The notes below the pieces were generated by a model. That model made no database searches, was not told the origin of the DNA, and was given only the letters and a program-made list of their open reading frames with translations. A program made the position numbers and the translations under genes. From Eledone cirrhosa (lineage: Eukaryota), in the NCBI GenBank assembly GCA_964016885.1, contig OZ024745.1:29946001-30010000 (forward strand): DNA of 64,000 bases, read 5' to 3'. Position 1 is the first letter of the stretch, and every line of letters starts with the position of its first letter. Positions 1-11,188 of the stretch are shown here, piece after piece.

Positions 1-220
1 ATTTTCGAAAAAATATATAAGTGGAAACAAAACAGTGCAATCAAATTTTTGCAGAAAAATATCTTATCTTCTCCAATAAAAAATATTGTGTATTTTGCGA
101 AATCCATAGATCAAAAATCGACCCTGAATATTACTAATAGCTCTAGGAAAGCCATGAATGACAACACATCTTTTTAACTTTGATTTTTGAAAGTAAGTTT
201 ATAATTATAAATTTTCATTA

Positions 221-461
221 GACTTTTGTAGCTGTCTCGGTGGCCTGTTTGGAGGAATCATAGAGGGTGGTGATCCTGGTCTGAAGTTCGATCTTGGTCG
301 GGAATAGGGTTCCCGGAAAATCTTTTCAGTTTTTTCTATTGATTGTAAAATAAAAACTGGAAAAAAGGTTACATGTACCTCTCGACCAGGATTGAACTAA
401 GGCCAGGATCTCCACCATCTCTAGTACCTACCGCTAGGCCACTAAGACAGCAACAAAAATC
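221..461. repeat. Fold-back element with two inverted tRNA-like arms
   Basis: 221-301 is an imperfect reverse complement of 382-461. Each arm has A-box-like and B-box-like (GTTCGATC / GTTCAATC) motifs. Confidence 0.65.
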
Positions 462-592
462 TTGTGAAAATTCATACTTATAAACCTACTTTCAAAATGT
501 TCAAAACAAAGTGTTTTTGTGAACACACACAAAAAAAAGATGGCGTAGGACAGAACAAAGGAGAGGCACAAAAACAAAGAAAAGAATCCCCA

Positions 593-635
593 GTCACTGA
601 AGAGGTCACAGAATGTGTGACGAAAGAACTTTGAC
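593..635 (+). ncRNA. Minimal type I hammerhead ribozyme motif (Penelope-type)
   Basis: GTCA-CTGAAGA-G-GTCACA(gaatg)TGTGAC-GAAA-GAAC-TT-TGAC. Stem I 4 bp, stem II 6 bp, very short stem III, CUU cleavage triplet. Confidence 0.7.
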
Positions 636-864
636 AATATATGAACAATCGTCTGGTTGTGGATCCAACCAACCAACCGGAAATTTATAAATTCCTAAAT
701 TTATAAATTTAATTTATAATAAATTGAAGTGAAAGCAACTGGTGCGTGTGTTTCTTATTGGCAACATGACCCTGCCAAAGTATAACAATATATATATATA
801 TATATATGTATACCAGATTTGAAAAAATTAGTCCTGAGGTCAATATGATCGACTAAATCCCTTA

Positions 865-1155
865 AAAGCAGTGCCTTGGCATGGTTGCAGTTTAATGACT
901 GAAACCAGTAAAATATAACGCCCTGGCATGGCCACAGTCTAATGTAGCAGTAAATCATTGTGTCCCAGTATGGCTGCAGTCGAATTACTGAAACTAGTAA
1001 AATATGGTGCTCCATCATGTCCACAGTCTAATGATTGAAAGCAGTAAAACATAATGCTCCAGCATGGCCACAATCAAATGAATGACCCAATAAAATATAA
1101 TGCCCCAGGATGGCCACAGTCTAAAGATTGAAACCAGTAATATATAATGACCAGC
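865..1155 (+). repeat. Degenerate tandem repeat, about 45-bp unit, about 6 units
   Basis: Recurring CAGCATGGCCACAGTCTAATGACTGAAACCAGTAAAATATAA; a single copy also occurs near 20555. Confidence 0.75.
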
Positions 1156-1197
1156 ATTTTGTCCGACGCTCTATCGAAAACACCAATCCGCCACCAT

Positions 1198-1380
1198 GGA
1201 TTGGCAGTATCGGTAGAGGGTCGGACTCCATGCTTTGACGCATAGAGTTACGGCCCTTGCCTTTCTGAGTTCAAATCCCGCCGAGGTTAACTTTGCCTTT
1301 CATCCTTACGAGGTCGATAAAATAAAGTACCAGTAATGCACTGGGTAATTGCTGGCCTTGTGCCAAAAATAGAGACAATT
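1198..1380 (+). mobile_element. SINE family A (Nin/Deu-like core GCCTTTCATCCTT..GTCGATAAA)
   Basis: tRNA-like head (TGGCAGTATCGG; GAGTTCAAATCC) plus core. Further copies near 1390-1545 (-), 8430, 18375, 23030 (-), 30290, 39280, 41120, 44040 (-), 44452, 50646, 53120, 59700 (-), 59840 and 63100. Confidence 0.8.
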
Positions 1381-2311
1381 ATAAAATAATTGTTTCTGAT
1401 ATAGGCACAAGGCCAACAATTTTGGGGGACGGGAAAGTCAATTAAATTGGCACCAGCGCGTTACTGGTACTTTATTTTATCGACCCAGTATGGATGAAAA
1501 GTAAAGCTAACCTCGGCGGGATTTGATTTCAGAACGTAAAGGAACGTAAACACCCTTATAAAATAATGATTTTTACCATAGGCACAAGGCCAGCAATTTG
1601 AGGAGGAAAGAAAAGTCGATTAAATCGACCCCATTCTACTTAGGCACATTGAACATTTTACTCCATTCTACTTCAGGCACAACGAAAACAATTCCTAAGC
1701 GTATTCTCGATGTTGCGATTGCTGGCAGCGTAGTTATCTCCCGTGTTTCTCAAGCGCGACCGACTACTGCCACCAGAGGTCGCAGCAGTTACAGAAGCAG
1801 CAGTTGTATTGGAAACAGTGATGAGATATGGATTTGAGCCAGAGACCGCTAAATTCACTATGCTGCTATTGCTAGTGAGGCTTCCTTATATAACACTACA
1901 GAGCTGAGGCAGTAATTCAAATATCCACTCTCTACACTTACCATGTTGCTACTTGATATATAACAATACAGAAGACTGACGAATTCAATTTGAACGCGCG
2001 ACGTTTATATATTTACCATGCTGCTGTTGTCGTTGTTATTATCTTCTATAACAATACAGAGGTAGGGATTGATTTGAACGTTAGACTTCTACATTTATCA
2101 TGGTGTTGTTGTTGTTACCTTATATACCAACACAAAGCTGAAACACATTCGAACGTGGAACCTTTACTGTCACTGTGCCGTCGTTGCTACAGCCGTTTTA
2201 TATATCAAGACACCCAATCGCAACTAATTCGATCTCACATTTCCTTATACACAAAAGCTACACGCAACGCTCTAAATATATATAGACAGACACATACAAA
2301 CACTACACACT

Positions 2312-2348
<37 letters not shown>

Positions 2349-2772
2349 TGGACTATATGTGACAAACAATCCGTGTTTTGAGGTCATCAGAAAGCAATTC
2401 TTGGTCAACCATTCCAAATCTCCGCCAAGAAAAACACCACTGTTGACCAAAAATCTAAAAAGTCCTTTTCCCCTTTCTCGTATTCCTCCAGACACCATTC
2501 CAACTCATTTCGTCTCCTTTTCAATCTCTCCGACTTCATTCAATACTACATAAACACACGCGTATACTTTATCTAACACATAAACGTATATACATTCCAC
2601 ATAATATCTATATAAACGTACATACACACACACATATATATGTATATATAGGCGGTTTTATTTTTATTCAAAAATATTTATCAACTGGTTTTTAAATAAT
2701 AATAGAAATAACGGAATAACAAAAGGCGGTGACAGAAACAGACATAGAGACCGAACAATACGACATTCCAAG

Positions 2773-2892
2773 ATGGAATTCTTCGATTTAAATAATGAAG
2801 AAGTTCAAATTCTTCGATCGTACATCATCAATACTCTCAGGAATAGCAGGATCAAAGTTCCTAAGAAGTCTTGGAATTCAGCTCACACTGAG
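2773..2892 (+). CDS. ARHGAP11A: ARHGAP11-like RhoGAP, coding exon 1
   Basis: MEFFDLNNEEVQILRSYIINTLRNSRIKVPKKSWNSAHTE ends at a consensus donor GAG|GTAAGT, 120 nt, phase 0. It resembles the ARHGAP11A N-terminus as I recall it (..LVRLALLQHLR..GIKVK..). Phase matches exon 28954. Confidence 0.75.
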
Positions 2893-2963
2893 GTAAGTAC
2901 TGATGGGTGTCCGTATGTATGTGCATGTGTGTCACTCTCTCTCTCTCTCTATATATATATATA

Positions 2964-3111
2964 ATTCCGTTATAACGAATACCATTATAACGTTTTTTTT
3001 TCTGTATAACGACATTTTTTTTTCAATCCCCGGCCACACGCTCGATGTGTTAGGTCAATCTTGTTATAAAGAATTTTTGTTATACCCCGTGAATTCCGTT
3101 ATAACGGATTT

Positions 3112-3116
<5 letters not shown>
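2964..3116. mobile_element. pogo/Tigger-like MITE remnant
   Basis: Repeated CGTTATAACG subterminal motifs, right end CCGTTATAACGGATTTTCACTA, embedded in (TA)n. Confidence 0.5.
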
Positions 3117-3148
<32 letters not shown>

Positions 3149-3149
3149 C

Positions 3150-3312
3150 GAAGGAAATGTGGTCAGGAACCAGGTGGACCATAACGCACCAAAGTACTCA
3201 ATACTTAGGGTAGTAGAGTGGGTAATAGGAACGAGTAGGACCCCGACGGCTAATTCTGGACGGAATTAGCCGTCGAAACGGCTTGAGCTCAGCCGTCGGG
3301 GTTCTACTCGTT

Positions 3313-3353
<41 letters not shown>

Positions 3354-4172
3354 CAAAGAGGGTGTGGTGAGATACCAGGTGGACCATAACACACCAGAGT
3401 ACTCAATACTTAGGGTAGTAGAGTGGGTAATATTATATAGCAATTACTTCTACGGGACTAAAACCGTTTCATTAGTGTGGGATCATCAGGAAAGTCCCGT
3501 TACCTACTGAAAATCCACCCATAATTATATATATATATCCGTTTGTGGTTGACAGCTGAGAGAAAAGTACTCAATACCGAAGTAGAGTTTTACTATTCAT
3601 TTCATTCAGGCTAAATAGTGGATTCACTATTTAGCATGAATAAAATGAATATATATATATTATAGAAATGGCTTCTACACGACTAGAACTGTTTCGTTCG
3701 TATGGAAGCATTAGGAATGCCCTGTATTTATATATAAACGCACACGTCTTTATTCTTGTGTGTGTATAAAATATATATATATATATACACATATATATAC
3801 ACACACAGAGTTAGGAAATGTAGAAAATCTCGAACACAGAAAATAACTGTAAACATAAGCAATTGCTATAAATAATAGCTTAGAAAGTCGGGTAAAATAC
3901 CCCTACAGATAGAAAAAAGTGCCCAGTATCCGCTACAAAGAATCGAACTCTGTACCTCTCACATACTGGCTGGCCGCTCAGTACCATTGAGCTAAATGAA
4001 CCCTGGACGTGTCCTCTTCTCACTCTCCTCTAACTTTCTATGCCTTTTATTTCTCCTATCTTCTGGCGAAGGACTAGCGCCCCAAACGTTAAGATTCTTT
4101 TCCTACTATAGCTAGTGTTAAACTAATATATATTTTCATTGCACTGTATTGTTTGAATTGTTTACTTTTCGC

Positions 4173-4223
<51 letters not shown>

Positions 4224-4570
4224 TTCCAGAATTGAGTCAGGGTGGGGGTAACCACAGTTAAAAAAGTACTCAATATATATACTAAGAGTGAGAAATGAAA
4301 TTTTGTTTCATTTTTTCCGTTTATCGTTTTCGGTGCGCCCGGCCGATTAACTCACTCGATATGCAAATTAGGCTGCTCAGCCGTTAATATGCATAAGGAA
4401 AGTATATACTTTCAGACGTTCAATCATCTGGCAGGAAGGTATACGGTGCTGACGATAGCTAATAAGCTTGAAACTAGTACAGCGTTCCTTTGTCAGTGTT
4501 GAACAAAAGAGCAACGATGGTTGCTAAACACTGTACGGCTTAATACGGGATGTTTGTTTACAAACACACC
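3150..4570. mobile_element. Cluster of Penelope-like pseudo-LTR fragments
   Basis: Recurrent AGTACTCAATA ends (about 3193, 3398, 3566, 4265), hammerhead-like cores at 3452-3500 (-), 4062-4092 (+, degenerate) and 4443-4485 (+), separated by (TA)n. Confidence 0.5.
4443..4485 (+). ncRNA. Minimal type I hammerhead ribozyme motif
   Basis: ACGGTG-CTGACGA-T-AGCT(aata)AGCT-T-GAAA-CTAG-TA-CAGCGT. Palindromic stem III ACTAGT, GUA triplet, stem I 5 of 6 bp. Confidence 0.65.
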
Positions 4571-4763
4571 GAGCATTATAATAAATGTTCGGTAAATCCA
4601 TACGTACATATATATATGTGTGCATGTATGTATATATATATACATACTACTGTACGTCTGTATACATATATGTATGTATGTACGTATACATACTTATATT
4701 TATATATATATATACATACATACATATGAATGTATATATATATATATATACACAAACATATAT

Positions 4764-5106
4764 GGAGGCACATGGCTTAGTGGTTAGAGCATTGGCCTTG
4801 CAATTGAAAGGTTGTGAGTTCAATTCTCAGACCGGGTGATGTGTTGTTTCCTTGAGCAAGACACTTTATTTCACATTGCTCCAGTTTACTCAGCTGTAGA
4901 AATGAGATGATAGGGACTGCGGTCCCTATCATTCCACTGCAAAGTGGTCGTGGAGGTGCCACGGCAAAAGAGCACCCAGCACTCACTGTAAATGAGGTTG
5001 GTGTTAGGAAGGGCATCCAACTGTAGAAATCAAGCCAGAATCAGTTCCCGTCCCACCCTTGCGAGTAGGGAAAAGTGGACGTAAAATGAAATGAAAATGA
5101 TGATGA
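4764..5106 (+). mobile_element. SINE family B, full length (tRNA head, RTE-like 3' tail)
   Basis: A box TGGCTTAGTGG, B box GAGTTCAATTC. The tail GGGAAAAGTGGACGTAAAATG(ATG)n is shared with the RTE 3' end at 48310-48370. Confidence 0.85.
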
Positions 5107-5133
5107 TATATGAATGTGTATATATATATATAT

Positions 5134-5482
5134 GGAGGCACATGGCTTAGTGGTTAGAGCATTGGCCTTGCAACTGGGAGGTTGTGAGTTCAATTCTCAG
5201 ACCGGGTGATGTGTTGTTCCCTTGAGCAAGACACTTTATTTTACATTGCTCCAGTTTTACTCAGCTGTAGAAATGATAGGACTGGGGTCCCTATCATTCC
5301 ACTGCAAAGTGGTTGTAGAGGTGCCATGGCAAAAAAGCACCCACACTGTAAAGTGGATGTGGAAAAAAGCACTCACTGTAAATGAGGTTGGTGTTAGGAA
5401 GGGCATCCAGCTGTAGAAATCAGTTCCCGTCTCACCCTTGTAAGCAGGGAAAAGTGGACGTAAAATGATTTATGATGATGAT
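5134..5482 (+). mobile_element. SINE family B, tandem second copy
   Basis: Highly similar to 4764-5106, with an internal duplication near 5330-5380. Confidence 0.85.
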
Positions 5483-6179
5483 ATATATATAATGTGTGTA
5501 TGTATATGCATGGAAGCCTAAAGACCCTCAGCTGGCGACACATTCAAAGAAGTTGTACATGAAGCCTATGGCAGTAAAGAGGAGGAGTTGGGGACCAATA
5601 ACAGAGAGAAAATTGGGAATTCTTGCAAGACAACCTACAGAAAGCCATGGATCATGTCTGTGACTGGAGCAGATTCCTCAGTCCACTTCTGTTTATCATT
5701 GTCATTCTAGCTGTATGCTGATAATATAGTCCTTACAACTGAATCTGTGGGAGAGTTAGAGGCAAAATTCAAGACATGGGGAAAAAAACAATTTAGAATT
5801 GAAAGGCCTAAAAAGTAGACAGCAAACATTAAAGTCTTAATAAGTAGGGAGGACAGGAAGCTGATACCATCAGAGAAGTGCTACTCAAAGTTTCATGGTG
5901 GCATCTGTTTAATCATAATAGATCTCACATGCACTATCAATCTTCATCCTTTATATATATGCTTCCGGGGTCTTATTTACTTCTGGTGCTGAATGATTTT
6001 GAAAAGTTTTTTTTACTCTAGGGGAGGCAATTCGTGTGTGTGTGTGTGGGGGGGGGGTCATTTAGAGCTTGTAAGCCATGATGGAGTAGGATAAGTATGC
6101 AGTATCCCTTACAATTAAGAAACAGAAACGAGAGAAAAAAGGAAAGAGAAAGATGAAACAAAAGAAGCATAAATAAGAA

Positions 6180-8400
6180 AAAAAGGTGAAAAACAAGGAC
6201 AACTGTAAAGCAGCTAAAAGTTTCTGTAGCCTCCATGTACTGAAAGATTTTGTTTATAGTTGGTAGATCTTTGATAATATACTGCATTTTTAATCTTGGT
6301 AGGTTTTGAAGGACCAGTTTCAAGGTGTCCACTCTTTCATTTCAGACTGATAGTTTCTATATTGAAACAAATAGTACCATAGAGTTGCTGGGCAGTCTTT
6401 GCAAGAACATAGAAGTGATTCTATACGATTTGTTCATGATAAAATATAGTTCAAGGGTATAGACCTGTTTGAATCCTACATAGTCCATGTTCATTAACAT
6501 TATTCAGTGTCTGATATGTTTTCAAACATTGACAGATCTGGCTTAAACAATGGAAGATTGAAAATCGAAAATTTATCTCTAGATTTGTCCCCAAATTTTT
6601 CACACACTTGACTAATTATATTTTTGCTAAATGATTTGACCAGCAATAGATATGGAATGTATTCTATATCTATTATTTCCCTTTGTGCTCCCACCTTTGC
6701 TAATTCATTTGTTTTCCTATTTCTCCTAATATCTATATGGCCAGGTATTCAATGGAGGCACATGGCTTAGTGGTTAGAGCATTGGCCTTGCAATCGAAAG
6801 GTTGTGAGTTCAATTCTCAGACCGGGTGATGTGTTGTTTCCTTGAGCAAGACACTTTATTTCACATTGCTCCAGTTTACTCAGCTGTAGATGATAGGGAC
6901 TGGGGTCCATATCATTCCACTGCAAAGTGGTCGTGGAGCTGCCACGGCAAAAAAGCACCCAGCACTCACTGTAAATGAGGTTGGTGTCAGGAAGGGCATC
7001 CAGCTGTAGAAATCAAGCCAGAATCAGTTCCCGTCCCACCCTTGCAAGCAGGGAAAAGCGGACGTAAAATGATGATGAGGATGATGATGATGATTCAAAT
7101 CATTGTCATTTGTTTCTTTTCTGGTAGATAGTTATCTATTTTTAGCAGAACACTCAATATCTTTAACTTGACCTCCTTTTCTTTATTGAAATAGTTTTAG
7201 GTTCGATAAACTATCAGTAAACAGGAAACCTTTTTCTCATGGTATTTATCTGACCAAGTCTATAGATCATTCCCCCACCACTCTCCATCAAATAGTATGA
7301 AATCCTTGTGTAATCTGAAGCTCATATCTTTATTATTTTTGAAAGACCAATCATCTCCACACCCTACTCCCTTGTCTGAATGTGCCCCATCAGTATAACT
7401 GATCCAGTTATTAAAACAGTTTGACTGTGTAATATTGTTATGGAATTCTTTTGCTCCCTCTTATTATTTTGAATAATATTAATTATTCTATGCATGGAGC
7501 CAAATATAGAGTTTTCTTTTGCATTTAAACTGATCAGTTAGCAGTTTACATTTCCTAGACTGTTCTGTCAACAATAGAGTAGGGGTTAACCCTGCTTTAT
7601 GAAAAATAGCTATCTTGGGAGTAGATCTTAGACATCTCAATATAGTTTTGCCAATTTACGTACAAAATCTATCAGTAGCTTGAACATAGCTAGTGCTTTT
7701 GTCCTCCTCCCCCAAACCCAGCTGCCATACAAAAATTAAGTGTTGGTGACTCCTTTATTATATAATCTGGAGTGTTTATATGTTAGGCAGTGGTATTTGT
7801 TTGAAATAATTTTAATTACATGCCATGTTGAGGTCATTTTCTTTTTCAGTGAGTACTTGAGATGAGTTTCCCATTTCAAATCAGTCTGTAACTAGATATC
7901 TAGGATCTTTTTTGATAATTGATAGGTTCAGGATTATGGAAGTGAATCAATTGTTTTAGAGGGATCTAATTGTTGACCATTTCCGTTTGCTCATTCAGTT
8001 ACAGTTTTGTTGTTGATACTAAACAAAGTGTATAAGTTGATATCATCTGTAAAACCTCACAATTTCATTTAGATATATAAACAAATCTGTTGTGTAAAAT
8101 AGAAAGAGAATGGTGAGACTCGGCTGTGATAAATATTTATTAAATAAATGTCTAGCTTTCTGATGTACATATAATATCTATGAAGTGACACTCCCTTTGT
8201 ATTATATCAAATTTAAATATTAATTCCAACCTAATGACTGTGAGACAACTTGATGCATGGTATTGAATATAAAAACAGAAAATTCTGTGTATTCCCTTTT
8301 GTACAAGTTCAAATCATTTAGTAGGGCTCTTGAAAGAGAAATAAATATAATGTTGAGCCTTAAAGTTTTAAATACTGCCATTAGTTCACAGTTCATTTTG
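6180..8400 (-). mobile_element. Decayed non-LTR retrotransposon RT region
   Basis: Minus-strand GFTDDI (YADD-like) near 8040 and RYLV (KYLG-like) near 7890; many stops; interrupted by a SINE. Confidence 0.45.
6754..7093 (+). mobile_element. SINE family B copy inserted in a LINE relic
   Basis: Highly similar to 4764-5106; ends in (ATG)n. Confidence 0.85.
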
Positions 8401-8670
8401 GTAGATGTTACATATTTTCATTTCCTTCACATTCTGAGTTCAAATCCTGCTTAGGTTATCTTTGCCTTTCATCCTTATGGGATTGATAAAATAAAGTATC
8501 ATTATCACACTGGGGTCGAACACATGCATACACTCAAATGCCCTATTGCTAACCTGGAATTTCATTTGTATGCCCATGGCTTTATCAGACAAGACTCTTG
8601 TTTGATGGTTCTGTGAGTGCACAGGTAAAACTCCAGAGTAACAAAACTCATCACTTAGCAATAATAAAGA

Positions 8671-8702
<32 letters not shown>

Positions 8703-8725
8703 ATGTGTGTGTATATATATATATA

Positions 8726-9330
8726 CTAGCTGGCGCCCGACTAGGTTTACCGGCATTTTATCTTTTCAGGAATCCCCCCCCCCCCCCCCACTCCAGTGTA
8801 AAGATACCGCATGCCCTCTCAAGTCACCGGGGGGGGGGGGGGGGGGTTAACACGCTCTGATGTTGGGTTTGAATAGTTTTTAGGATTCCCCAGTTCAGCA
8901 GCCAGTACGTTAAAGAAAATTGATAGTTACAACAATAAAGGTTGAACAGAGAACAAATTTTTTAACAAACTTTACAATAATTTGTACAACCATAATAGAA
9001 ATTCCGAGTAACAGAAAATACATAAATTACATTGTTAGAGCCTCAGAGTATTCAATATTTTTTGTTCGGCCCTCGGGAGCAAAGATCAAGAGATTGTTTG
9101 GCGAGCTCACCCTAGAGCATCCTACATACAATTGACCATGGGAGAAGCATGGTTGTTCCAGAAAAAGGCCAGCCACTTTTAGGGTTTGACCCTGTTGATG
9201 GTAATCGCGAAGCTTAGTCTCTCTGTTGCTCTAGTAACATTTTTTCTTCTGGAAAATCTGATCTTGCGGCCAGGCTATGACTTTTTGGGTGGCATATCGG
9301 CAGTAACAATGACAATAAGCCGTCTGTGCT
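8726..9330 (-). mobile_element. Helitron 3' fragment with PIF1-like helicase C-terminus
   Basis: Minus strand encodes RLSFAITIN..QGQTLKVAGLFLEQPCFSHGQLYVGCSRV..TKNIEYSEAL with a frameshift. 3' end CTAG|T at 8726 follows a GC-rich subterminal hairpin. Confidence 0.8.
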
Positions 9331-11188
9331 TTCGTGAAATAAATACGTTTGTTTATATTTTGCTTTTGTGTATGCAAAAATATCTGTACACGAATATATA
9401 ATTATATATGTATATATATATATTAAAATAACAGATTAAAGTGTAAGCAAAGAATCGCTGCTTTCACCCTTAATGGGATCTTCTGAAACTAAAAAAATTA
9501 ATCTGTGAGCGCAGAAGTAAATATTTCGAAAAACGTTGCAACTGAAAGAAAATAGGAAGATGATACTTTGGTTCATGAAGACGTTAGGAATGTCGTATAA
9601 CCGGAAATGTTGACATTTGAAAATTTTAAAGAAGTGAATATTTAAATAAATGACAAAATATCTTTAATCTTTTAACAAAATTTAGTAGACAAAAATACCC
9701 TCACTTTCTTACTTGGAAAAAAGTTACATCTATGGTGCAAATTTGGTGCCGTTCATGTAAACATCTGATGAACTAATTGTATCAATAGTCAAACCAAATG
9801 ATACTGGATTATGTTATGTAATTACAATTGACTTTGAGTCGTTCAAAATGTCATGCGAATAAACATCTGTTAAACTGTAATTTCACTCCCCGATTTATAT
9901 ACACACATGTCTACTCATGTGTGAAACCTTTATAAACGTGAATACACCATGCATACACTACAAACACGTGCACACATATATACATATGCACACACACACT
10001 GGTGTATATATAACGTGTATATATGTCATGTATTTGTACTTGTGAGAATATTGTTAAGCACAAATCAGAACCTTTATAAACATGTACATTATGAATACAA
10101 CAACAAAAAAATAACCCCCAGCTAAACTATAAATAGTTCCCAGTACCATTGTTAAGATTGATTTCTCTACAATGCTTAATTGTGGAGGAAAACTTTTATT
10201 TAACTAAACCAGATTTTTTGGCCTACTGGATGCCCCTTTGTATAAGACACCCCTTGGTTTTACAATTTTGAGAAAAAAAGAATTTTAGTACATTTCTTCA
10301 TAGATTTATTAAAAATCATTTCATTGCTTTTTCAGAAACTCTTATATAAGTTCAACATCATTTTGTTTATATAAATTGTATTGTATTACTAATACTAATA
10401 GTAATACAAACTAAATTGTTTTAACCATGATTGTTCTCAGCCTCCTGTCGATGATATGCGTGTATTGGATGCAGAGAAGACTGTTGTTGTGTTTTTGTTT
10501 TTATTTATTTATTTTGTTGTTTTTTTTTGAAAAAAAGTACATCCAATAGGCCGGCAAATATGGTAATTCCCTTATTTTTCTTGACATTTATTTTATTGTG
10601 TCTGTAATATAATAAGGTGCAATGTCAATTCTGACATGATTTGAACTGAAAACTGGACAATTTTTTGATTTAAGATCAGAGAGTGAAAATAACAATGATT
10701 GGTTACATTTGGTAATAATCATAAACGAAATGAAAGTGAACATTATCTGATTTAACTGGTGATTACTGGAAGTGTCTGATAAAGTTCTAATGTTTTATTA
10801 TGAAAGAAAATTCTTTTTCTCCTCCTGAGAGGGTCATGGGGGCAGTCTTCAAGCACACTTTCCAGAGGGTCCTGCCAGAAGCAACTGTCTCCAATTGATC
10901 TCACAAGCGAGACCAACTGAGCTCATGAATGTTATCCAACCATCTGGATGACTATCTTTGGGCCACTTGTCAGTCGGTTTTGCCCATACATTGAAAGAAC
11001 GGATAGGCTGCAACATGATTGACAACCAATGCAAACAGAAGTAGGCTGATGGGTTATCTTGCTGGACATCTGTGACGAATATAATCTTGTTGCCAGTGAC
11101 AATAAATGTGCAGATGTGTCTAAAAGTGTATTGGGGGAGCCTCTCTAAGATGTCATCATGCCCAATGCTGTTAAAAGGGTTTTGCATC

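Noticed and set aside
4764-4835. tRNA gene
   Set aside because: The A/B boxes belong to a multi-copy SINE head followed by body and tail; no proper cloverleaf. The same applies to 3930-4002.
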